Origin: a virus
Taxonomy: Duplodnaviria; Caudoviricetes
IMG/VR virus record: IMGVR_UViG_2706795407_000001
Coordinates: 26,461-90,460 of that record
Strand: one strand, 5' to 3'
Length of the DNA: 64,000 nt
Shown here one piece after another: positions 36,419 to 46,380 of the stretch (positions are counted from its first letter, which is position 1; every line of letters begins with the position of its first letter). The notes under the pieces are model-generated. The model had not been told where the DNA came from, did no database searches, and saw nothing but the letters and a program-made list of their open reading frames with translations. A program made the position numbers and the translations under genes.

Positions 36419-37837
36419 ATGGAGTCTTTCAAAGACAAACTGTTCACATCCAAGCCTTCGAGACCTGAGCCTACGGGTCCAATGGTCGTGCCTAGCGATT
36501 CGTACACCAAGAGCGCCATGGACAAGGAGCTTGAGGTGCTTGCGAGCACTGTCGTCGGGCGCAATAACCAGTTGAACATTTCCGCGCTCAAGTTGGCGGG
36601 GCTACCTATAGATAGGTGGACCTTGCGGCAGAAGCTGATCGAGGCTTGCGAGGTTAACGGATTGACTCAGGATGATGGTGGATACTTGGGGGTTGAGAAG
36701 ACGATTGATTCAGCGTTCGGGAAGGCGGATCGCGACGGCCCCAGAATGATCCCTGAGCGCCCCGCTCAGCAATCAGATGCTCCACGGATGCCATCGGTCC
36801 AAGCTGCGGAGAACGCGCAGCAGGAGGCGGGCGGAGGGGGAGATAACCCCTTTGGCGATACCCCGCCCGTGGACGGTGCGAATTGGATGTTCGATGCCGA
36901 CGACACGGTGGTTGAACTATGGGGTTCCTCCGATCAGATCCTATGGGCCGAAGGGGAGGCCCTGATGATCTGCGGTGGCATGGGCTTGGGGAAGTCAACT
37001 CTTGCAGGAATGCTACTGAGGGCGCAACTGGGGTTGCGGGACACTGTTCTTGATCTTCCCGTGACCCCGGTGGATAAACCCATACTTTACCTCGCCATGG
37101 ATAGGCCCCGGCAGTTGAGGCGTGCTATGCGGCGGCAGTTCAGCGAAGAGGAAAAGGAACTTATCGCGGGAAAGCTGCTCATCCGCCCAGGGCCGCCTGT
37201 GATGGATATGGCGATTGATCCGTCCTTGTTGGCGCGGATGGCTGAAGCGGTAGGCGCTGGCGTCGTCTATGTGGATTCACTCAAGGACGCTGTTGTCGGC
37301 TTGTCTGCTGATGAGACGGCGGCAAATTACAACCGGGCTAGACAGAAGTTGCTAGCTAGTGGTGTTGAGGTGTGCGAGTTGCACCATACCCGTAAGCCTT
37401 CGGCGGAAGCGCCTGGTGGCATTTCCTCGGTGTACGGCTCGACGTGGTTGGCGAGTGGGGCAGGTTCAGTGATTCTTTTGTCTGGCGAGCCTGGTGATCT
37501 GGTGGTGAAGTTTCGTCATGCCAAAACTCCCGCTAACGAGGTTGGCCCGTGGCATCTGTTGCTTGATCCTGAGCGGGGCGAGTTCGCGGTTCAGAAGTGT
37601 GATCTGCTGGTGGTTGCGCGAGGTTGCGGTTCTGAGGGGTTGTCGGCGGATGAGGCGGCGAAAGTTCTCTATGACACTCGACGCCCGAGCGCGTCGGAAA
37701 AGAAGAAAGCAGAACGTCAGCTTGCGAATCTGGAGTCTAAGGGGTTGTTGACGCGGGTGGCTGGGCGCGGAGGTGATGTGTTTTTCCCTATCGAGAACAG
37801 GTTGCAGGAGTCGCAGTTGTCGGGCGAGATGTTCTAA
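36419..37837 (+). CDS. Replicative helicase (AAA_25/RepA-like) with N-terminal primase-accessory domain
   Basis: Walker A GGMGLGKS, Walker B YVDS, HHTRK, GS..LA; N-terminal GRNNQLN motif. Confidence 0.8.
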   Translation: MESFKDKLFTSKPSRPEPTGPMVVPSDSYTKSAMDKELEVLASTVVGRNNQLNISALKLAGLPIDRWTLRQKLIEACEVNGLTQDDGGYLGVEKTIDSAFGKADRDGPRMIPERPAQQSDAPRMPSVQAAENAQQEAGGGGDNPFGDTPPVDGANWMFDADDTVVELWGSSDQILWAEGEALMICGGMGLGKSTLAGMLLRAQLGLRDTVLDLPVTPVDKPILYLAMDRPRQLRRAMRRQFSEEEKELIAGKLLIRPGPPVMDMAIDPSLLARMAEAVGAGVVYVDSLKDAVVGLSADETAANYNRARQKLLASGVEVCELHHTRKPSAEAPGGISSVYGSTWLASGAGSVILLSGEPGDLVVKFRHAKTPANEVGPWHLLLDPERGEFAVQKCDLLVVARGCGSEGLSADEAAKVLYDTRRPSASEKKKAERQLANLESKGLLTRVAGRGGDVFFPIENRLQESQLSGEMF

Positions 37838-38213
37838 TTAGATAGGATACCTCTCTTTTGACGTGTGATGTATGTGACCTTCCTGAGAATCATTCGGGTT
37901 GTTATAGATGGTTTGTTGATGCGGAAACGTTTGATTGGATTGTTTCCAAACTGGAGGAAGAGTGACTGGCAGTTCTGAAGTCATGGGGAAGTTTGACGAT
38001 ATTCAGCGAAACTATCTTAGTGCATATATCCGGGTGATCGGGATGGTTGGTGGCGATGTTGGGAAAGATATTGCTCACCATATTGCCAATATTGAGTGGT
38101 TTTTGCTTCATGGCGGCATGTTTAACCCGCCCGATTGGTTGATTGACCAGGTGCGAGACAGTTTGAGGGACGAGTGAGTAAATGGTCAACCCACATGGGA
38201 TTGAGGAAACCTG

Positions 38214-38585
38214 ATGGCAGATAAGCTACGTGTAGAACTCTACTCTGTTGACCTGGGGATTAGATCTGCCATCCGCGAGGCTTTCACGGGCGCGGGATAC
38301 GAACTGATCGAGTGGACCGATACATCCAGGCCATTGCGGACAGATATTGATGAACGTCAGCAGCCTGGGGCTATTGGTAGGTTGATGTTGCCTGATCGCG
38401 TGGATGCGGTCGTGACGAAGACTTCGCTTAGTAGGTCGGTTGAGGGGTTGGCGGCGACGCAAGGTTTGAAGCAGGGGCGGAACGATGTTTTCGCTTATGT
38501 TCTACCCGAGGCGCTTCCCGCCTTGAGGGCGAAGCTCGACAAGCTCGGCTCGCTTGTGATCGTGGGCGGTGACCAGGCTCGATGA
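38214..38585 (+). CDS. Hypothetical protein
   Basis: 123-aa ORF, RBS GAGG. Confidence 0.65.
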   Translation: MADKLRVELYSVDLGIRSAIREAFTGAGYELIEWTDTSRPLRTDIDERQQPGAIGRLMLPDRVDAVVTKTSLSRSVEGLAATQGLKQGRNDVFAYVLPEALPALRAKLDKLGSLVIVGGDQAR

Positions 38586-38791
38586 GAATCGAAGAGATGC
38601 GGCTCATGTCGGATGCACTGCGGGAGCTTGCGGGCGACCCTGATGTTAGCGTGAAACTTATCCATTTCTCGGATTTTTTGAGCGACTTGGCTGACGCGGG
38701 GGATGAAGTACTCGGGTCGAATCAACTGTTTCCCGATTTTAGTCCGATTCAGAATGTGATTAATCGTATTGAGAAATTCTGAGAGGATTCA

Positions 38792-39100
38792 ATGGGCGAA
38801 GCTGTGGAGCAGCTAGAACAAAGGGTCGCTCGCAAGTGGGCGCAGGCCGCTTATGCACGCGGGGCATTCGACGCCTCATCGTTCGACGCTGGCGAATGGT
38901 TTGACACTAACATTCAGTGGGGTGGGGAGGGGCCTGATGTTCCGCAGTTTCCTCGTGAACAATGGGCGAGTTACCCCGCTAAGCGTGCTCTTGTTTTGAC
39001 GATGCTGGATCGCGCATTGGATTCCGAAGATGTTTCAGACGAGTTGTGGATGACTATTTGCTATGCCATGTGGTATGGCGGTAAGACGAGGATCGCATGA
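38792..39100 (+). CDS. Hypothetical protein
   Basis: 102-aa ORF, RBS GAGGA. Confidence 0.65.
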   Translation: MGEAVEQLEQRVARKWAQAAYARGAFDASSFDAGEWFDTNIQWGGEGPDVPQFPREQWASYPAKRALVLTMLDRALDSEDVSDELWMTICYAMWYGGKTRIA

Positions 39101-39283
39101 GTGACTGGGAATATAGATACCGCTACGCATCGACGCTAGGTGAACGGTACGCGCTGCCGCTCCACTTCACGCGTCTAGGGGATGCGCAAGCGCATAAGCG
39201 GCAGGCTGACAAGTATCTCACCGGATTAACGGGGCATGACTCTATGCGCATTGAAGAACTGGTAGACGGAGAATGGGTGGCGC

Positions 39284-39691
39284 ATGAGTGACTATTTCGT
39301 TATCCATGTCGGTAGGGGTACCGATGGGGGTTTTGGGGATTACTCCCCTCCTTATTGGTCGGAGAAGCCTGTAGAGGTTGATGGTCGAACGATCTGGTTC
39401 GCCGATGAGTCGGAGGCAATTGCGGCGGTCGAACAACTTAACACCATGGCTAGAGATGACTTCTACAACGCGGGTCACGGCGGGTTATATACTGGCGATT
39501 TCCCTATCGAGTATGAGGTGCGCCGCATCACCCCACCTAAAGGTGACGCTTGTCTCTCGACGGAGGCTGTGAGAATGGTTTCGGCCGCGCATGCCAGCAC
39601 TTGGCGCGCATCATCGTGGGGGGATGATTGCTGCGAGGAGTGTGGGGGTTTCGGCCATGCCGGATGGCCAGACTGCGAGGACGATGATTGA
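39284..39691 (+). CDS. Hypothetical protein
   Basis: 135-aa ORF overlapping previous gene. Confidence 0.6.
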   Translation: MSDYFVIHVGRGTDGGFGDYSPPYWSEKPVEVDGRTIWFADESEAIAAVEQLNTMARDDFYNAGHGGLYTGDFPIEYEVRRITPPKGDACLSTEAVRMVSAAHASTWRASSWGDDCCEECGGFGHAGWPDCEDDD

Positions 39692-39825
39692 AGCGCCAAA
39701 TCTTGCCGCTGAGACTGTTCGGGGAATCGTAGCGTTCCGCCGGTTGCGGAAACATGCAATATTGCGAACGCGGGTTCGGCGCGAACTCTTCAAAACCGCT
39801 CATTTTAAATCTAACGTGAGGAAAA

Positions 39826-40527
39826 TTGATGCCTGAAACTACCCCTGAGCAGTTGAAAATCTTGGCTGAAATCGAAAAACTCAAAGCCGAGGCCGAAACG
39901 CGACTCACCCTGGCGGAAGCCGAGGAAAAGGAGCATCAAGCTATCATTCAGGCCCTGTCCCGCAAAAGGGAGGAGCGCCTAGAGCGCTGGACTGACGCGG
40001 CGGACATCTACAATCGCGTGTACTACTTCAACACTGAAGTGTCCGTCAAATCCGTGGATGCGATGTTGGGAACATTGCATTCATGGCACCGAATGGACCC
40101 CAACGCCGACTGGGATATCATCATCAACAGTCCCGGGGGTAGCGTTGTTGAGGGGATGGCGCTGTTCGATACGTTGAGTTCGTACTCGCTTCGCGGTGAT
40201 GGCACCCACAAAATAACGATCACCGTTCGCGGATATGCGGCTTCGATGGCCGCTATCATTTTGCAAGCTGCGGATGTGCGCCGGGTCGGCAAAGAGTCCT
40301 ACATCATGATTCATGAGGGCAGCATCGGCGCGGTGGGTAGTGCGGCGGAAGTGCGCGACACCATGAAGTGGGTCGAAAAGATGAGTTCGCGGATTGCCAG
40401 CATTTTTGTGGAGCGTTCGGGCGGGAAAACCACTCTCAAACAGTACAAGGCGGGTTGTGATCGCGCCGACTGGTGGCTTGATTCTGATGAGGCCTTGAAG
40501 CGCGGTTTTGTGGACGAGATTGGCTGA
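39826..40527 (+). CDS. clpP: ClpP-like serine protease
   Basis: IINSPGGSV, AASMA (catalytic Ser), IMIHE (His); N-terminal coiled coil. Confidence 0.85.
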   Translation: MMPETTPEQLKILAEIEKLKAEAETRLTLAEAEEKEHQAIIQALSRKREERLERWTDAADIYNRVYYFNTEVSVKSVDAMLGTLHSWHRMDPNADWDIIINSPGGSVVEGMALFDTLSSYSLRGDGTHKITITVRGYAASMAAIILQAADVRRVGKESYIMIHEGSIGAVGSAAEVRDTMKWVEKMSSRIASIFVERSGGKTTLKQYKAGCDRADWWLDSDEALKRGFVDEIG

Positions 40528-40563
40528 ATCACGGCTGGCTGATGGGATGAGGAACGTGATTTT

Positions 40564-41109
40564 ATGAGTAGGCAGATTTGGGTTGTCGACGTAGAGTCAA
40601 CGTCGCTAGATCCCGACGCCGCACCATTGGAGATTGCCGCAGTCAATATTGACACGGGCGAGGAATTTCGCGCGGTACCCCATATCGCCCAGGCTCAACT
40701 CTCTAAGGCTGACCCTGATTCTTTGAGGGTTAACCGTTATTATGAGCGGGGCGTGTTCAAGGACATGCTTGAGACGGTCGAGGCGAACAAGAACATTTTC
40801 GACTGGTTGAAGAACATTCTGCAAGATCAAACGTTGGCGGGTAGTAACCCTAGCTTCGATGCGGGCATTCTGTCCCGTCAGATCGCCACAGGCGGCCTTT
40901 TAGGCACACCCTGGCACCATCGCCTATTGGACCTTTCCGCGTACGCTATGGGCGTCCTGGGACTTGAAGAACTACCGGGCTTGGCCAAGGTGTGCGAGCT
41001 GGTAGGTGTGACGAATGATGATCCGCATTCGGCGTTGGGGGATGCGCGCGCCACAGCGGAATGCTTCAGGCGGTTGAGAGAGTGGGCTGACCAGAACAGG
41101 GTGCGATGA
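40564..41109 (+). CDS. DnaQ-like 3'-5' exonuclease (DEDDh)
   Basis: VVDVEST, GSNPSFD, HSALGDA. Confidence 0.85.
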   Translation: MSRQIWVVDVESTSLDPDAAPLEIAAVNIDTGEEFRAVPHIAQAQLSKADPDSLRVNRYYERGVFKDMLETVEANKNIFDWLKNILQDQTLAGSNPSFDAGILSRQIATGGLLGTPWHHRLLDLSAYAMGVLGLEELPGLAKVCELVGVTNDDPHSALGDARATAECFRRLREWADQNRVR

Positions 41110-41363
41110 GCGATACTTTAGACAAATTTCCTGAGCCCGTGCGGTCGCAATGCCGCGCCATGATAGCCGAGCGTGATCTTGAGATAGAGCGGGCGCGGGC
41201 AGACAAAATGCTCGAAGACAGCAACATTCTGTATGAACTCAAGGGTTGGCTACGTCTTTGTGGCGATAATTCTGCTGGTCATGAAGAGTTTTATCGGTGG
41301 GCTTGCCACTACATCTTCGGCGACGAGATGCCATCGGAGGATTGATGAGACTACCTGCGAAAA

Positions 41364-41627
41364 ATGGCGATGGAAAGAACTGACTATCAGTACGTGGCGG
41401 GCCATATAGACTCGGACGACCCGCAAAATCTAGGGGACTACAGCATCGGGCGGCGGGGTAGTAATAGCCAACCTGGAGCGTACTACCACTATAACTCGAG
41501 GACGGGGCGTCTCATGAATCGCTGCGCCCTACTGAACATCTCCAAGGGCTCACGCATCTATGCGGAATGCTTGAAGGCAATCTTTAGATTGCAGTTAGAG
41601 GAATGGGATGGCACGCGTTGTCCGTAG
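41364..41627 (+). CDS. Hypothetical protein
   Basis: 87-aa ORF. Confidence 0.5.
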   Translation: MAMERTDYQYVAGHIDSDDPQNLGDYSIGRRGSNSQPGAYYHYNSRTGRLMNRCALLNISKGSRIYAECLKAIFRLQLEEWDGTRCP

Positions 41628-42172
41628 ACCCTGATGATGTTGTGCCTAAGTTCGGCAAGGATGACAACCTAGAGGCTAAGGCCGACAGGTTGTTGTCAAA
41701 AGGCGTAGGTAAGAATAAGCGTAGCACCCAGCGTGACAAAGAAAAAATGCTACACGAAGCTGGACTGCTAGAAGTTGACGACCTCGACGCCTACGATCCA
41801 ACGAACTATTGGAGCACTCAGGATGCCCCAAACGGTGAAATCTTGATGAGTCCGAACAGTGTCGTGAAGGTAACTCCATCCATAGGTTCTGACGTGGGGG
41901 ACGGGAACGTCCGGGCGCGCAACCTAAAGCTGTCTCGACGCCGCGCTCTGATGCATCATGTCGAAGATGAGGACGACTGGGGTGGCGATAGAGAGTTCAT
42001 TCCTCTACTGGGGGTGAACGAGGGTCGGCGAAAAACCTGCACGAAATGCGGTCGCAGTAAGCGTGTCGAGTTCTTTTCGTCAGATTCTCGCAACGTGGAT
42101 GGGGTTCGTTCTTGGTGCAGACTATGCGACAAGGCGGAAGCTAAAGCGCGTTACGCGAGAAAAAAGCGCTAA
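41603..42172 (+). CDS. Hypothetical protein with C-terminal Zn finger
   Basis: KTCTKC...WCRLC. Confidence 0.6.
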   Translation: MGWHALSVDPDDVVPKFGKDDNLEAKADRLLSKGVGKNKRSTQRDKEKMLHEAGLLEVDDLDAYDPTNYWSTQDAPNGEILMSPNSVVKVTPSIGSDVGDGNVRARNLKLSRRRALMHHVEDEDDWGGDREFIPLLGVNEGRRKTCTKCGRSKRVEFFSSDSRNVDGVRSWCRLCDKAEAKARYARKKR

Positions 42173-42512
42173 AACCCGTTTGACCTGCAAATATATGAAA
42201 AATAGGACCTTTGCCTATAGTGAGGGGGATAAAAGCATTCTTTTATTTTGGGCTTCGGGGCAGCCGGATAACCTCGTGAGCATTCCGCCAAACAACCGGC
42301 ATTCACGTCAGAGTCTGGGCACGCTCCCTTGATTGGTCGCAGTGTGCCCTTGCCCCAGGGAGTGGGGCGCGCCCTTCTCTAATATCCACTCCCTGGGGCC
42401 TTCTCTTGTTTAGGGGGTGTGGCATGACACGATGCCCTCATTGCGGCGCGGAACCGTACATCGGCGGTTCCCACTACCGGAAAAACCCGTACAGCAGTGA
42501 CACGATTCCCGT

Positions 42513-42809
42513 GTGCAAGATTCCCCACGCCAAACCCGCTTCTCCGGGTTACCTCTCTTTGGGGGAGGCGGAGTGAGGGTCAGTGGATGGGCGCAGGTTT
42601 CTGCGTTCATTGTTGGCTACGAAATTTTGCACAGCAAGGATGGTCGGCTTCTTTCCGAAGAGGCAGATATTTTCATTGCTCGACATCCGGTAGTGGCTAG
42701 GTTGGTGATTTGGGGTGCCGGTTTGCTGCTGACAGCCCATGTCGCCAACTGTGTGCCCACCCATCTTGACCCCGTTTCCAAAACGTTTTGGAGAAACCTT
42801 TTCAGCTAG
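42513..42809 (+). CDS. Small membrane protein (true start probably downstream)
   Basis: YEIL...LLSE...HP...WG...LTAHVAN pattern of mycobacteriophage membrane proteins. Confidence 0.55.
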   Translation: MQDSPRQTRFSGLPLFGGGGVRVSGWAQVSAFIVGYEILHSKDGRLLSEEADIFIARHPVVARLVIWGAGLLLTAHVANCVPTHLDPVSKTFWRNLFS

Positions 42810-42849
42810 GGTACCGGCGCGATGCCATGCCCCGACGATTGGCTAACAA

Positions 42850-43143
42850 GTGCCTGTGTATGTTTCAGGTCCAATGTCTAAAAGGAAAGACTATAATTTC
42901 CCGAAGTTCCATGCTGTAGCTGCGGAGCTTCGCGCGCAGGGTAAAGAGGTGGTTAATCCCGCCGAACTAGCCCACAATGACGATCTAACTAAGGATTGGT
43001 CGTTCTATGTCCGCGAGGATTTGCGCGCCATGCTGGACTGCGACGAGATCGTTCTCCTGCCCGGTTGGCGGGGGTCCAAGGGCGCACGGCTGGAGTTGCG
43101 TGTTGCTAAGGCATTGGGGATGCGGGTGACGGAATGGGCATGA
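42850..43143 (+). CDS. DUF4406 (nucleoside deoxyribosyltransferase-like) protein
   Basis: VYVSGPMS, NFPKF, NPAE, LLPGWRGSKGARLE. Confidence 0.8.
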   Translation: MPVYVSGPMSKRKDYNFPKFHAVAAELRAQGKEVVNPAELAHNDDLTKDWSFYVREDLRAMLDCDEIVLLPGWRGSKGARLELRVAKALGMRVTEWA

Positions 43144-43484
43144 CGTTTTCCGACTATCAGCGTCGCTCTGCGGCTACGGCTATCTATCCTGGCGCGGGCG
43201 ACCCCGGCAGCGTAGAGGGGCTTGTGTATGCGATCCTCGGGCTATCCGGGGAGGCGGGCGAGCTTGCCAATAAAGCTAAGAAAATCCTTAGGGATGACCA
43301 CGGCGTGATTGGTGACGCTGCACGTGCGAAGCTTACGGACGAGCTATCCGATTGCGTCTGGTATTTGGCGGCGGTGGCTAGGCAGTTGGGCGTCAACCTG
43401 GATGCCGTTGCCGAGTCGAATCTCGCCAAGCTTGCTGATCGTGCCGAGCGTGGCGTGTTGCAGGGATCGGGCGATAACCGATGA
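43134..43484 (+). CDS. mazG: MazG-like nucleotide pyrophosphohydrolase
   Basis: GLSGEAGELANK...DELSDCVWY. Confidence 0.85.
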   Translation: MGMTFSDYQRRSAATAIYPGAGDPGSVEGLVYAILGLSGEAGELANKAKKILRDDHGVIGDAARAKLTDELSDCVWYLAAVARQLGVNLDAVAESNLAKLADRAERGVLQGSGDNR

Positions 43485-44047
43485 GCAAGGCTGGACCGTT
43501 TACCTTTAATGATGATGGCACTGTCGAAGCGTCGGCAGAATGGCTGCATTTTTCACCCAAAGGTCCGAGTGAACCATTCAAGGTGGAGTCAGTCGTGCAG
43601 CTCATTACAGAGTCCAACGAACGCTCCACTAAGGACACTAACCCGAAGGATGCTATCGGGGTCACTAAGGCTCCGTTTTCTACGGTTCCCGCCCAGGTGG
43701 TGGCTGAGGCTGGCCTAGCCCTGCTTGAGGGCTCCTTGAAGTACGGCCGTCACAACTATAGATCGGCGGGGGTGCGGGCGAGCGTCTACTATGACGCAGC
43801 GTTCAGGCATCTCACCTCCTTCTGGGAGGGTGAAGACATCGACCCTGATAGTGGTTTGCCGCATGTGGTGAAAGCTATCGCCTGTTTGATGGTGCTTCGG
43901 GATGGTCAGATTCAAGACAATTGGGTTGATGATCGTCCGCCGAAGAATCCTGCGGGTTGGGTGCAGGAATTGAATCGTAAAGCTAAAGAGCTTTTGGATC
44001 GTTATCCGAATCCTGTGCCGCCGTATACCGAGGTTGACAATTCATGA
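43481..44047 (+). CDS. DUF5664 dATP/dGTP diphosphohydrolase-like protein
   Basis: KYGRHNY, YYDAAFRHL, GEDIDPDSGLPH. Confidence 0.85.
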   Translation: MSKAGPFTFNDDGTVEASAEWLHFSPKGPSEPFKVESVVQLITESNERSTKDTNPKDAIGVTKAPFSTVPAQVVAEAGLALLEGSLKYGRHNYRSAGVRASVYYDAAFRHLTSFWEGEDIDPDSGLPHVVKAIACLMVLRDGQIQDNWVDDRPPKNPAGWVQELNRKAKELLDRYPNPVPPYTEVDNS

Positions 44048-44242
44048 AGTGCGTTCTGGCGGTCTGGCTGGAATCTTTAGATAGCGAGGATCAAGCTGCT
44101 TTTAAAAGGGCCGCTACCACGATGAGTCGCGCTGACCTGTATGGTGCTATTTGTGCGGCGTCGGGTTCTCGCCCGTTCGGGCTGACTGCGCTTAAGCAAC
44201 ACTTGAATCTTCGGTGTTGCTGCAACTGAAAGGAACCCAGCA

Positions 44243-45073
44243 ATGGGTGCACTCGCTAAGATTTTGAACGACGCGCCAGGTAAAACGATTACTGAGGGCG
44301 TTCGTAGCCGTATCCTCATTTTGGATGTGGAGCGCCTGCCGGGTATTACTAAGCAGTATTGGTGGGATCGCGGCGACCTTAAAAACCGTTACATTCATTA
44401 TGAGACGGTGGAGCGGGAGCCTCGCACCACGATTGTGTGCGCTAAGTGGTATGACTCGCCTGATGTCATTCAGCTTGCGGAGTGGGATAAGGGCGGCAGG
44501 AAGAAGTTCCTCAAAGAGGTTCATAAACTGCTTCAGCAGGCCGATATTGTCGTGGGGCATAATGTTGACCAGGCGGATTTGCCTTGGCTTCGCGGCGACA
44601 TGCATATTGAGGCTGGACTGCCGCCATTGCCGCCGTTCAAGACGGTTGACACGTTGAAGGTGTTGCGGACTGAGTTCAAGTCGGGTGCGCCGTTCAAGTC
44701 TTTGGATGCGTTCTGTCAGATTGCAGGGATTCCGTCCAAGACTGATGCGTATGACCGTCATGCGATGGAGCGGGCGGTGGAGGGTTCGATTGAGGACCAG
44801 GAGCGGTTGACTGCTTACTGCGTGGGGGACGTCCTAGCTACCCAGGGTTTATACGATTTTCTACGCCCACATATCCGTAATCATCCCGCGCTGCTTGTGG
44901 ATGGCTCGGATAGCTTGACGACGTGTAACCGTTGTGGATCTCAGACTAAGCCTATCGCTAAGCGGTATGTGGCGAATGTGATGACGTATTCGATGCAGCG
45001 TTGCACGAATTGCGGCGGGCATTCCAGACTCTCTATTGAGCCTCAGCGGATGAGTATCGCAAGGGGTGTCTGA
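44243..45073 (+). CDS. RNase H-like 3'-5' exonuclease (DEDDy) with C-terminal Zn ribbon
   Basis: ILDVE, GHNVDQAD, YCVGDV, CNRC...CTNC. Confidence 0.8.
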   Translation: MGALAKILNDAPGKTITEGVRSRILILDVERLPGITKQYWWDRGDLKNRYIHYETVEREPRTTIVCAKWYDSPDVIQLAEWDKGGRKKFLKEVHKLLQQADIVVGHNVDQADLPWLRGDMHIEAGLPPLPPFKTVDTLKVLRTEFKSGAPFKSLDAFCQIAGIPSKTDAYDRHAMERAVEGSIEDQERLTAYCVGDVLATQGLYDFLRPHIRNHPALLVDGSDSLTTCNRCGSQTKPIAKRYVANVMTYSMQRCTNCGGHSRLSIEPQRMSIARGV

Positions 45074-45151
45074 TGAACGTATTTTGGGCAGCCCGCTGGG
45101 AGGCGGTCTACGAGGATTCCGACGACCTCACCTGGACGGAGGATATTCACG

Positions 45152-45349
45152 ATGCCGTCTATTGCGAATAAGTTCAAGGTCGGGGATCGCATCGTTTGCG
45201 AGACGGCCAGCGGCTGGAAATATGAGGGTGTCGTCAAAAGCGTGGATGCTGGTTCCGACACTGTGACATATACGTGTGTTGATCCTGTGTGGCGGGATTG
45301 TCGTTTTGATTATTTGCCCGCTGAGGCGGCTGATGGTCTGGAGCTTTAA
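45152..45349 (+). CDS. Small SH3-like hypothetical protein
   Basis: KFKVGDRIV motif; RBS GGAGG. Confidence 0.55.
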   Translation: MPSIANKFKVGDRIVCETASGWKYEGVVKSVDAGSDTVTYTCVDPVWRDCRFDYLPAEAADGLEL

Positions 45350-45352
45350 GTA

Positions 45353-45442
45353 TTGAGATTTACGGGTTCAATATGTTCCATAGATGATGACGAATGCAAT
45401 TACGGGAAGTCGCCGAGGCTCAGGCGTGGAATGTGTGTTAAG
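45353..45442 (+). pseudogene. 5' exon-like fragment of interrupted HNH endonuclease gene
   Basis: TTG start after GGAG; encodes MRFTGSICSIDDDECNYGKSPRLRRGMCVK, a Zn-repeat like those in 47452..48516; joins in frame at TAAG. Confidence 0.8.
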
Positions 45443-45534
45443 TGTTTGCGCACTTCCTGCAGTTGATTGAGGCAGCGAGGGCGCAGCGGTGAAGACGAGC
45501 CACGCGGTGCGTCTGGCGGAGGAGGGCCAGTCTG

Positions 45535-46380
45535 GTGGATGACCGGCGGTGGCATGAGTTCGTAGACGCTCAGCGCGAGTATTGGTGGCAGAAGGTGCGG
45601 TTGGGCGTGTTGTGGGCGTTGTTGTCGGCGGGCCGCGACGGCACGCTGGAGCCGGACTGGCGGGTGGTGTGGGCTGAGCGGACCGCGGAGGCGGTGCGGG
45701 CAGCGCGCGCCGGCGAGCCGGACTGGTTGTCGGTGGATGCTGCCCAGCATGTGCGCGCGGTCTATCCGTGGCCGCGGGTGGGCCCGGAGGTGCCGCTCCC
45801 GGTGGCAGTGCTGGCCGGCGTGCAGGAACTCTTGAGTGCTGCGGGCGAGGCTCAGGAGCCCGAGCCGAGCCTGGGCGACGGCGAGATCGTGCTGCTGGTG
45901 TTGCGTGACCTGGCGGAGAACACCGCCGGCGACTGGTGGCTGTGGGAGCCGCGCGCGGCGGCGACGCCGATGGTCACCCCTGCCCAAGCCGTCCGAAGCT
46001 GGTGGTCGGCTGCGGTGGAGGTGATCGACGCCGAGGAAAGCTGGGATCTGAAACGGGAGGCAACGCTGCGCGACAGCAGCATGCGGCACGATGCTTGGGC
46101 CCGTGAGATGTCGGACTGGGCGCGGGGCACGGCTCGCGTCCGGGAGCAGGCGCAGCAGAAGCGCGACCTGATCTGGGAGAGTGCGACCGCCGCGGCGACA
46201 GCATTGGATCGGGCGGCACCGACACCTGGCCCCGAGCCGGTGCTGGGTGGCTGGTTGCTGGCCGCCGAGCACCGCGTCCGGCAATGGCGCGATAAGACTG
46301 CTGCCGAGGCTCATTTGGCGGAGCTGGCTGATCCGGCCTACCGGGAAAAGCTGGAGCGGATACCGGAGTACTGGAGTTGA
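45535..46380 (+). CDS. Trp-rich hypothetical protein (cassette gene 1)
   Basis: 281-aa ORF, RBS GGAGG, GTG start; no recognisable catalytic motif. Confidence 0.7.
   Translation: MDDRRWHEFVDAQREYWWQKVRLGVLWALLSAGRDGTLEPDWRVVWAERTAEAVRAARAGEPDWLSVDAAQHVRAVYPWPRVGPEVPLPVAVLAGVQELLSAAGEAQEPEPSLGDGEIVLLVLRDLAENTAGDWWLWEPRAAATPMVTPAQAVRSWWSAAVEVIDAEESWDLKREATLRDSSMRHDAWAREMSDWARGTARVREQAQQKRDLIWESATAAATALDRAAPTPGPEPVLGGWLLAAEHRVRQWRDKTAAEAHLAELADPAYREKLERIPEYWS

Noticed and set aside
43481-44047. 2-aminoadenine (Z-genome) pathway
   Set aside because: No PurZ-like adenylosuccinate synthetase or dedicated polymerase seen; DUF5664 alone is insufficient.
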